Source: an uncultured Clostridium sp.
Lineage (GTDB): Bacteria; Bacillota; Clostridia; TANB77; CAG-508
Length of the DNA stretch: 64,000 nt
Direction of reading: 5' to 3'
NCBI GenBank assembly: GCA_964370905.1
Contig: CAYJKK010000001.1
Span: forward strand, 99,749-163,748
Below the pieces are notes generated by a model. That model ran no database searches and was not told where the DNA came from. It saw nothing but the letters and a program-made list of their open reading frames with translations. How positions within the stretch are numbered: position 1 is the first letter of the stretch; each line of letters starts with the position of its first letter. Shown one piece after another: positions 37,482 to 45,302 of the stretch. The position numbers were made by a program, and so were the translations under genes.

Positions 37482-38961
37482 ATGGAAAATACAAGATTGT
37501 ATCAAGACATCGCAAAAAGAACGGAAGGAGATATTTATGTAGGGGTTGTTGGCCCTGTTAGAACTGGAAAATCAACTTTTATTAAAAAATTTATGGATTT
37601 ATTAGTAATTCCTAATATAGACAATGAATATAAGAAAGAACGAGCTAAAGATGAACTTCCACAAAGTGCAAGTGGAAAAACAATTATGACAACAGAACCT
37701 AAATTTATTCCAAATGAAGCTATAGAAATAACTTTAGAAAATAATTTAAAATTTAAAACTAGATTAGTTGATTGTGTTGGCTATTTAGTTGATAATGCTA
37801 TTGGATATTTAGAAGATGATATGCCTAGAATGATTAAAACCCCATGGTCTGATGAAGAAATTCCATTTGAAGTGGCTGCTGAAATAGGAACAAAAAAAGT
37901 AATTGAAGAACATTCTACTATTGGAATTTTAATAACAAGTGATGGAACTGTAACAGACATTCCAAGAGAAGACTATATATCTGCTGAAGAAAGAGTTGTA
38001 GGTGAATTAAAAGACTTAAACAAACCTTTTGTAATGCTTTTAAATTGTTACGATCCAACGTCAGAATATTCTCAAAATTTAGCTTTTGATTTAAGTGAAA
38101 AATATAATGTTAGTGTTCTTCCACTAAATTGTGAATACTTATCTATACATGATATTAATAATATATTTTCTAAACTATTATATGAATTTCCAATTGAACA
38201 AATTAAATTTAAAACTCCAAAATGGATTGATAATTTAGATATAAGTCATTTATTAAAAAACACTTTATTTACACAAATTAAAGAAGCTTTTAATGATGTA
38301 ACATTGCTAAAAGATGTTTCTACTTGTATTAATTGTATTAAACAAACTGATATAATTTCAAGGACTTCTATATTAGATATAGAGCTTGGCTCTCGGTAAT
38401 GTTAATATTGAAATAGAATTAAATGAATCTTTATTTTATCAAATATTATCTGAAATTAGTGGTGTTGAAATTACTGATGAAGGCGCTTTATTTAGTATTA
38501 TTTCTAACTTATCTAATATCAAGAAAAAGTATGATAGAATATCATATGCTTTAGAAGAAGTTGAAGCAAAAGGTTATGGTATTGTTACACCTTCTATTGA
38601 AGATTTAGAACTTGCAGAACCTGAAATGATAAAACAAGGATCTAGATTTGGAGTTAAACTTAAAGCTACTGCTCCATCCATTCACCTTATTAAAACAAAT
38701 GTTGAAACTGAAGTATCTCCAATTGTTGGTAGTGAAAAGCAGTCTGAAGAATTAGTTAATTATTTACTTTCTGAGTTTGATAGTAATCCTAAGGAAATTT
38801 GGAAATCAAATATTTTTGGAAAATCACTTCACGAATTAGTTAATGAAGGTTTACAAACTAAACTTTCTAAAATGCCTGAAGATGCTCAAGTAAAATTACA
38901 AGAAACTTTAGAAAAAATTGTAAATGAAGGTAGTGGCGGATTAATTTGTATAATTTTATAA
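37482..38961 (+). pseudogene. spoIVA: Stage IV sporulation protein A, interrupted by a +1-nt frameshift near 38391-38396
   Basis: The two track ORFs (305 + 191 aa) together equal full-length SpoIVA. The N-terminus has Walker A GPVRTGKST and the C-terminus ends NEGSGGLICIIL. Removing one base from ggctctcggtaat restores ...LDIELGSGNVNIEIEL... Confidence 0.8.
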
Positions 38962-38967
38962 CTTTTA

Positions 38968-39005
38968 AAAGGAATGAATTTTGCATCATTCCTTTTATTT
39001 ATTTT
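38968..39005 (+). terminator. spoIVA terminator
   Basis: aaaggaatga-8 nt-tcattccttt followed by a T-rich tract. Confidence 0.75.
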
Positions 39006-39098
39006 TTGTTCTATCTATTCTATTATAAAATCTAAGGTCATATATCTAAATTACTTCTATTTATCAACTTAAATTTTATAAAAGAACTTGAATAAAAA

Positions 39099-39127
39099 TT
39101 GACATTTTATAAATTTAGTTATATAAT
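39099..39127 (+). promoter_or_regulatory. Consensus sigma-A promoter with no protein gene downstream
   Basis: TTGACA (39099-39104)-17 nt-TATAAT (39122-39127). Confidence 0.7.
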
Positions 39128-39143
39128 ATATATATATATATAT
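39127..39143. repeat. (TA)n dinucleotide microsatellite (~8.5 units)
   Basis: Direct reading. It overlaps the end of the -10 and the predicted transcription start. Confidence 0.9.
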
Positions 39144-39233
39144 CAGATGAGGACACCATATTTATATGGTGTGCCGTATAAGTATTTAAAATTTAAAACA
39201 CATCTCTAACGGCGAAGCAGAGATGTGTTTTTC
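39134..39233 (+). ncRNA. Candidate ~100-nt small RNA (putative type I antitoxin)
   Basis: It is bounded by the consensus promoter and by the terminator ACACATCTCT-11 nt-AGAGATGTGT plus a run of 5 T (39198-39233). An internal 8-bp hairpin sits at 39153-39172. There is no ORF. The 3' ~28 nt are antisense to the peptide ORF. Confidence 0.45.
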
Positions 39234-39367
39234 TTATATTTGTATTTATCTAACTCTTTATTTGTATTAGCTAGTAATGCAAATAAGACAATAACTACAA
39301 ATGTTAAATTTACAAGTATCATTAATAAAAAATATATTAAAAATATGTACACTTGCTCGTATAACAT
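39206..39367 (-). CDS. Small hydrophobic peptide, 53 aa (putative type I toxin)
   Basis: Below the track's size cutoff. GAGGGGAGG lies 8 nt before ATG 39367 (an alternative ATG is at 39373). The sequence is MLYEQVYIFLIYFLLMILVNLTFVVIVLFALLANTNKELDKYKYKKNTSLLRR, one TM helix plus a Lys/Arg tail. Its 3' end runs into the shared hairpin. Confidence 0.5.
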   Translation of the reverse strand: MLYEQVYIFLIYFLLMILVNLTFVVIVLFALLANTNKELDKYKYKKNTSLLRR

Positions 39368-39454
39368 AAGCATCGCCTCCCCTCTATAAAAGGTTACGAC
39401 ACATCACATTTCCAACTTTTATTACCGTAATCATTGTTTGTACTACCTTATTTT

Positions 39455-39490
39455 CAAAAATAAAAGATTGATAATATTTCAATCAATCTT
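39455..39490 (-). terminator. proS terminator
   Basis: aagattgat-9 nt-atcaatctt, followed on the minus strand by TTTATTTTT. Confidence 0.65.
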
Positions 39491-39539
39491 CCATCCAACA
39501 ACTCATGTATTCTCTTTTTATGTTTTTTATTCTTTTTTC

Positions 39540-40823
39540 TTAACTGTTTAATTCATTTACAATTTCTTCAATAGTAACTGCTGTTTTTTCACCTGTTTTT
39601 ATATCTTCTATTTCTAAAATATCGCCATCTTGTCTATCCCCTATAACTAATATTTTAGGTGTTCCTAATATTTTAGCATCTTTAATTTTTGCCCCCATAG
39701 TTACATATTCTCTATCATCTAATATAGTTTCTATTCCATTTTCCTGAAGCTTTTTATATAACATTTTAGCTAACTCATATTTTTCTTCATTATCCATTTT
39801 AGGAATAATTTGCAATTTATATGGAGCTACACTATCGGGTAATACAAAACCATTTGGACCAAATTTTTCATCTATAATTAAACATTGTTCATATAAAACT
39901 GCAAGTGTTCTACTAACACCTATTCCATAACATCCCATATAGTATGGTTCTTCTTTATTTTCTTTGCTAATATATTTCCCATTCATTATTTCTGAATATC
40001 TAGTACCTAATTGGAATATATGCCCTAATTCCATTGCTCTTATTTCTTTAAATTCTGAAATATTTTCTATACCATATTCTTCTTTTAAATATTGTTCATG
40101 ATTTTCTTTTTCTAATATTTCTGTATTTAATCCCATACCTGTTTTTTCATGATATAGTATAGTATCTTCTCCTTGATTAGAAATAAGCATAAACTCTTCA
40201 GATTTTTTACCACCCATAGATCCATTATCTGCAACTATTGGTATAACTTTCATTCCTATTTTATCAAATATTTCTAAAAATGCTGCTCTTATATTATTAT
40301 AAGTATCTTCTAATGACTCAGCATCTAAATCAAAACTATATGCATCTAGCATTGGAAATGCTTTACCTCTTAATAGGTATCCTCTTGTTCTAATCTCGTT
40401 TCTATATTTTTCTCCTATTTGATAATATGTTGCTGGTAAATTTTTATATGATTTTAATCTTTCTTTTGCAAATTCTAAAACAGCCTCTTCCCCTGTTGGA
40501 GCTAAACAAAAAGTTCCTTTGTTCGATTCTGTTGTAAGCATAACACCATCATTTACATAGTCATCATATCTTCCAGATGCTTTCCATAACGTATCTGGCT
40601 GAAGTGTTGGCAATAACACTTCTGTACATCCATATTTGTTTAATGTTTCTACAATTATTTTTTCAATATTTCTTCTTACTAATAATGGTATTGTACCATA
40701 TCCAAATAAACCTGCACCATATTGAACTAATTGTGCTGTTTGTAATAATATACTTTGTGCTGGGTACATTTCATCTATATTATTTAACTTTGTTGTCCCC
40801 ATTCCTGTTTGTGATAATTTCAT
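39540..40823 (-). CDS. proS: Proline--tRNA ligase, bacterial-type core without the INS editing domain
   Basis: 427 aa with motif 2 YRNEIRTRGYLLRGKAFPMLDAYSF, motif 3 GCYGIGVSRTLA and a C-terminal anticodon-binding domain. Only ~135 aa separate motifs 2 and 3. Confidence 0.65.
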   Translation of the reverse strand: MKLSQTGMGTTKLNNIDEMYPAQSILLQTAQLVQYGAGLFGYGTIPLLVRRNIEKIIVETLNKYGCTEVLLPTLQPDTLWKASGRYDDYVNDGVMLTTESNKGTFCLAPTGEEAVLEFAKERLKSYKNLPATYYQIGEKYRNEIRTRGYLLRGKAFPMLDAYSFDLDAESLEDTYNNIRAAFLEIFDKIGMKVIPIVADNGSMGGKKSEEFMLISNQGEDTILYHEKTGMGLNTEILEKENHEQYLKEEYGIENISEFKEIRAMELGHIFQLGTRYSEIMNGKYISKENKEEPYYMGCYGIGVSRTLAVLYEQCLIIDEKFGPNGFVLPDSVAPYKLQIIPKMDNEEKYELAKMLYKKLQENGIETILDDREYVTMGAKIKDAKILGTPKILVIGDRQDGDILEIEDIKTGEKTAVTIEEIVNELNS

Positions 40824-40867
40824 CTATTTTCCTTCTTTCTTTTATTTCCATTTAATTTCCAACTTTT

Positions 40868-41488
40868 TTATACACTAATATTTTCCCCGTCATTTTTGGG
40901 TGATGGAGCCTCTAAATCTATGTTTTGATTTTCTTCTATTATTTCATCTATAACTATTTGTCTATTTTCATCTAACTTATATTTTGGAAGTTCTGGTAAA
41001 TCTTTTAATGATGAATATCCAAACATCTTTAAGAATTCATCTGTTACACTATATGACATTGGTTTACCTGGTAAATCTATCTTCCCTGCTTCTTCTATTA
41101 ATCCATATTCTAATAATCTATACACACTTGCATCTGCTGAAACTCCTCTTATTGCTTCTATTTCTGCTCTTGTTATTTTAGAGTTATATGCAATAATTGA
41201 AAGTGTTTCTAATGAAGCATTTGATAAATTTGGTTTACTTCTTTTATCTATAATTGAATATATATATTGATGATTTTCTTTTTTGCTACTTAATTGATAT
41301 GTTTCATTAATTTTTAATAATTCTATTCCTCTATTATCATTTTTAAACTCTTCTTGCATTTCTGATACTGCCTCTTCTATATCTTCTTCTGAAATTTCTA
41401 AGCTCATCATTATTTCTTTTTTTGTTACTTGTCTTCCTGCTGCAAAAAGTATTGATTCTATTATTCCTTTTATGTTTTCTTTTCCCAT
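40868..41488 (-). CDS. scpB: Segregation and condensation protein B
   Basis: 206 aa. IIESILFAAGRQVTKKEI... with tandem winged-helix architecture. Confidence 0.85.
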   Translation of the reverse strand: MGKENIKGIIESILFAAGRQVTKKEIMMSLEISEEDIEEAVSEMQEEFKNDNRGIELLKINETYQLSSKKENHQYIYSIIDKRSKPNLSNASLETLSIIAYNSKITRAEIEAIRGVSADASVYRLLEYGLIEEAGKIDLPGKPMSYSVTDEFLKMFGYSSLKDLPELPKYKLDENRQIVIDEIIEENQNIDLEAPSPKNDGENISV

Positions 41489-41515
41489 TATTTTCTCCTA
41501 AATTTTAATATGTAT

Positions 41516-41544
41516 ATTATCACACGTAACTTAGTATTTGTCAA
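41516..41544 (-). promoter_or_regulatory. Sigma-A promoter of scpB-proS
   Basis: The minus strand reads TTGACA-17 nt-GATAAT, preceded by TGt (extended -10). Confidence 0.6.
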
Positions 41545-41581
41545 TATTTTGGGCTAATCTACTCTCATAAATATATTACAC

Positions 41582-41628
41582 TAATAAATATTGGTTAATG
41601 TGATAATCACATTAACCAATATTTATTA
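41582..41628. terminator. 47-bp perfect palindrome (23-bp arms), probable bidirectional terminator
   Basis: taataaatattggttaatgtgat-a-atcacattaaccaatatttatta, starting 7 nt after the stop of the 233-aa gene. Confidence 0.6.
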
Positions 41629-41634
41629 TTTATT

Positions 41635-42336
41635 CTAAAATTTTATTGGTAATCCTTTTTTTAAATCTTCTAATGCTTCTTTTGGAGATTCTCTTAAATA
41701 TATTAAATAATTATATGCACCTAAAGGTTCTAAATATGTTGTATCATATAGTTGCTTTGCTGAATACCTTTCCACTTCTATTTGATTAAAATTTTTAAAT
41801 CTATTATTTTTTATATAAAAATAGAATTCATTTAATATATCGTCTTGTCTTAATAATTTATTATATGATGTTCGTGCTCTTTGTTCTGACATATTATATT
41901 CTGTCATAAGATGTTTTACAACACAATTTTCTCTTTTGGCTTCTTCTAAAAAAAAGTAACTATTGAACAAATCAAAAAACCAATCTGGTACATATTTCTC
42001 ATTTACCATACAAAAAGTACTTAATGTTTTGTCTTCATAAAACTCATTTCCCCAATCAACAAGTTTTTGAACTGTATCTATATCTGCTTGATCTACTGTT
42101 ACATCTTTTTTATAGATATCTAAAACTTCATTAGACATACACCATGCAAATTCGTTAAACTCCTTATTTTTTGCAAGTGTAATCCATTTATCATATTTAA
42201 TCTTATAGTCTTCTTTATCAAAGTTTTTTTCCAGTACATACGCTATTGTTGCATGCTCTCTAGGGTTCCACATATAGAATTCTTCTATATCCCACAACAC
42301 CTTTATTAATTCTAAAAAATCATTTCCTAAACTCAT
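41635..42336 (-). CDS. Hypothetical protein (Trp/Tyr/Phe-rich, no recognised domain)
   Basis: 233 aa with a GGAGG RBS and its own terminator. Confidence 0.5.
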   Translation of the reverse strand: MSLGNDFLELIKVLWDIEEFYMWNPREHATIAYVLEKNFDKEDYKIKYDKWITLAKNKEFNEFAWCMSNEVLDIYKKDVTVDQADIDTVQKLVDWGNEFYEDKTLSTFCMVNEKYVPDWFFDLFNSYFFLEEAKRENCVVKHLMTEYNMSEQRARTSYNKLLRQDDILNEFYFYIKNNRFKNFNQIEVERYSAKQLYDTTYLEPLGAYNYLIYLRESPKEALEDLKKGLPIKF

Positions 42337-42727
42337 CTCTTAACCTCCTATAATTTTTTTATATATTTTTTAAGCTCCTTCTGACATTCCTCTATCTAGA
42401 TCTTTTATTACTTTAAATCTCTTCTGTATAATAATAATCTATTTTTTCATCCTATAAAAATATATATTAATTATATTATTTACCTAATTATTAGTCAACT
42501 AAAAAATAAATAAACTTAAAAAATTACAATATGATACATCTATCTCTTTACTCCTTCTTTCTTTTCTATTCATTTTTCAACTTTTTATCACTCCATATTT
42601 TAAATTTTTCAATTAATTTAAATACGATTATTTTTCTTGGCTTTTAACTAATTTCTCTTTTATTTCCACTTGTTTTTCTCTTTTATCTATGCTATTATTA
42701 ATATAAATTCAAAATACGGAGGTAAAA

Positions 42728-42889
42728 ATGTCGAGTATTCTAAATCCAAATAAAAAAGTTGAAATAGTTTCTGGAGATGGATCAAATTTAAACATCTCTC
42801 CTGTTACTGACTATATAGATACTGATGATAAAAAATCTAAAAATAAACCTAAAAATATAGTAGTACCAAAAGAATCAGATAAAAAATAG
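42728..42889 (+). CDS. Small hydrophilic protein, 53 aa
   Basis: Below the track cutoff. ACGGAGGTAAAA then ATG. MSSILNPNKKVEIVSGDGSNLNISPVTDYIDTDDKKSKNKPKNIVVPKESDKK. Followed by a 13-bp-stem terminator. Confidence 0.55.
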   Translation: MSSILNPNKKVEIVSGDGSNLNISPVTDYIDTDDKKSKNKPKNIVVPKESDKK

Positions 42890-42916
42890 ATTTTCTATTT
42901 AAAATAAAGTTAAAGA

Positions 42917-42960
42917 AAATAAGTTGTGCTTAATGTTGCACGACTTATTTTCCTTTTTTT
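42917..42960 (+). terminator. Rho-independent terminator
   Basis: aaataagttgtgc-8 nt-gcacgacttattt followed by a T-run. Confidence 0.75.
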
Positions 42961-43024
42961 ATTTTTTCATTTTTGATTCTTTTTTTATTTTACATTTATA
43001 TTTTTACATTTTTCATCTTATATT

Positions 43025-44146
43025 TTACTTCATTATAATTAGATCATAGTCTTTATTACCAAGCCCAATTTTTACTGCATGATCTATCTGACTTTCCCAA
43101 TTTGTAGATGGATGACTACATTTCAAGTTATCACAAATATGTTTACTTTCTTTTAACCTTTCCCCTAGTTGACTATTTTCAAAAGGTTTTTGACTATTTG
43201 CCATATCTACACAAGCTTTATCTAATGCTACCATATCAAATGATGCAAGCATACCTATATTTGGTATTATTGGTGCATCATTTTCGCTGTGACAATCACA
43301 ATTTGGAGAAACATCACAAATTAAACTAATATGAAATTGTGGTTTATCTTTTACAACTGCATATGCATATTCAGCCATTTTCATATTTAATATATCTCCT
43401 GTTTCATCTCCTGCTGAATTAATTGCATCAAAATTACAAATTCCTATACATCTTCCACAACCTACACATTTATTGTGATTTATTTTAGCAATTCCTTTTT
43501 CATTGTATGAAATAGCATCATGAGCACATATCTTACTACATTTTTTACATTTAACACAAGCCAATTCATTTACTGTCGGTTTTCCACTACTATGCATTTC
43601 CATTTTACCTGCTCTTGATCCACATCCCATACCTACATTTTTTATTGCACCTCCAAAACCAGTCATTTCGTGTCCTTTAAAATGTGTAAGTGAAATAAAT
43701 ATGTCTGCATCCATAATTGCTCTTCCTATTTTTGCTTCTTTTATATATTCTTTATTTATTTCTACAATTTCTTCATCTGTTCCTTTTAAACCATCAGCAA
43801 TTATCACATGTGTTCCTGTAGAAAAAGGAGTAAATCCATTTAAGTACGCTGCATCTATATGATCTATTGCATTTTTTCTTTGTCCTACATATAAAGTGTT
43901 ACAATCTGTTAAAAAAGGTTTTCCACCTAATTCTTTTACAATATCTACTACTACTTTTGAATAATTTGGTCTTAAAAAAGCCAAATTACCTGGTTCTCCA
44001 AAGTGAAGTTTTATTGCAGTAAAATTATTATTAAAGTCAATTTTATCTATTCCTGCTGTTTTAATTAATTTTTCTAATTTTTGCAATAAATTATATCCTG
44101 GTTTTGCTCTAAAGTCTGTAAAATATACTTTTGATTTTTCACTCAT
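43025..44146 (-). CDS. DUF362-domain protein with 2x[4Fe-4S] ferredoxin-type insert
   Basis: 373 aa with CVKCKKCSKICAHDA and CVGCGRCIGICNFDA cluster motifs within a DUF362-like frame. Confidence 0.7.
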   Translation of the reverse strand: MSEKSKVYFTDFRAKPGYNLLQKLEKLIKTAGIDKIDFNNNFTAIKLHFGEPGNLAFLRPNYSKVVVDIVKELGGKPFLTDCNTLYVGQRKNAIDHIDAAYLNGFTPFSTGTHVIIADGLKGTDEEIVEINKEYIKEAKIGRAIMDADIFISLTHFKGHEMTGFGGAIKNVGMGCGSRAGKMEMHSSGKPTVNELACVKCKKCSKICAHDAISYNEKGIAKINHNKCVGCGRCIGICNFDAINSAGDETGDILNMKMAEYAYAVVKDKPQFHISLICDVSPNCDCHSENDAPIIPNIGMLASFDMVALDKACVDMANSQKPFENSQLGERLKESKHICDNLKCSHPSTNWESQIDHAVKIGLGNKDYDLIIMK

Positions 44147-44182
44147 ATTTATTTCTCCCTTTAATTATATTTTTAGTTTTTT

Positions 44183-44491
44183 CTATTCTATTTTTCTATA
44201 TTTTAAAACTTCCACTTTTTCATTTAAATATTTTATAAATTTCATATCATTAACTATTATTTCTTCTTTTTTTATTTTAGGTAATTTTTTTATATGATAT
44301 TCTAATTTGCAAGCATCTTTCCTATTTTCTGTTTCCCATACTACCTCTACATTTTTAATATCACGCCTTAATGTATATTTAGCACATTTTTTATCTTTTG
44401 ATTTATGCTCTTCTAATCTTCTTTCAAAATTATTTGTTATGCCTGTATATATCGAATTATCTGTACATCTTATCATATATGTATAATACAC
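44183..44491 (-). CDS. GIY-YIG domain protein (UPF0213/YazA-like)
   Basis: 102 aa. YYTYMIRCTDNSIYTGITNNFERRLEEH. Confidence 0.75.
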   Translation of the reverse strand: MYYTYMIRCTDNSIYTGITNNFERRLEEHKSKDKKCAKYTLRRDIKNVEVVWETENRKDACKLEYHIKKLPKIKKEEIIVNDMKFIKYLNEKVEVLKYRKIE

Positions 44492-44623
44492 TTTTCTACT
44501 TTCTTTCTTTTATTTTTTCTTATTCTTTTTCACTTTGCTTTTCTATTTATTTTACTTTTATTTTCCTTTTGATTTTTAATTATTTGTATTCTATCAAAAA
44601 AATATTTTTTAATCAATATTTTT

Positions 44624-44641
44624 TTGTACTAAGGTGTACAA
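44624..44641. promoter_or_regulatory. Palindrome TTGTAC-N6-GTACAA upstream of the oxidoreductase promoter (candidate operator)
   Basis: Direct reading. It ends 16 nt upstream of the -35. Confidence 0.3.
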
Positions 44642-44656
44642 TTCCTTTATATTTTC

Positions 44657-44685
44657 TTGACAATAGATATAAATCGTCATATACT
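44657..44685 (+). promoter_or_regulatory. Sigma-A promoter of the 2-oxoacid:ferredoxin oxidoreductase operon
   Basis: TTGACA-17 nt-TATACT. Confidence 0.65.
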
Positions 44686-44723
44686 ATGGAAGTAAAAAAG
44701 TTTAAAAGGAGGTAGACAAAATA

Positions 44724-45302
44724 ATGAAAGACTTAATTGAAATTAGATGGCACGGTAGAGGTGGTCAAGGTGCTAAAACAGCTTCTTTATTATTAGCTGA
44801 TGCAGCATTTAATACTGGTAAATATATTCAAGGTTTTCCTGAATATGGACCAGAAAGAATGGGTGCACCAATTACTGCATATAACAGAGTTAGTGTTAAT
44901 CCAATAACAATTCATAGTAATATATATGAACCTGATTATGTAGTTGTTGTTGATGATACACTTTTAACTTCAGTTGATGTAACTGCTGGGCTAAAAGAAG
45001 AAGGAGCTATAATAATTAATACTACAAAATCTGGAGAATATATTAAATCATTACTTAAAGGATATACTGGTAATGTATATACTATAGATGCTAGAAAAGT
45101 TTCTGAAGAAGCTTTAGGAAAATATTTTCCTAATACACCAATGCTAGCTGCTATTATAAAAGTTAGTGAAATAATGACAGATGATGCCTTATTAGAAGAT
45201 ATGAAATCATCTTTAAAACATAAATTTGCTAGTAAACCTGAGGTTATTGAAGGAAATATGAAAGCCTTAGAATTAGCTTTAAAGGAGGTACATAAAATAT
45301 GA
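44724..45302 (+). CDS. porG: 2-oxoacid (pyruvate/ketoisovalerate-type):ferredoxin oxidoreductase, gamma subunit
   Basis: 192 aa. IRWHGRGGQGAKTAS. Gene order is gamma-delta-alpha-beta with overlapping stops and starts. Confidence 0.8.
   Translation: MKDLIEIRWHGRGGQGAKTASLLLADAAFNTGKYIQGFPEYGPERMGAPITAYNRVSVNPITIHSNIYEPDYVVVVDDTLLTSVDVTAGLKEEGAIIINTTKSGEYIKSLLKGYTGNVYTIDARKVSEEALGKYFPNTPMLAAIIKVSEIMTDDALLEDMKSSLKHKFASKPEVIEGNMKALELALKEVHKI

Noticed and set aside
38386-38961. Treating the 191-aa ORF as an independent gene with a TTG start.
   Set aside because: It has no RBS and its start is buried in the preceding ORF. The two parts are collinear with one SpoIVA, so a frameshifted single gene is the simpler explanation.
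44183-44491. GIY-YIG protein as a homing endonuclease or mobile-element marker.
   Set aside because: At 102 aa it has only the catalytic domain (UPF0213 type). There is no DNA-binding extension, intron/intein context or flanking repeats.
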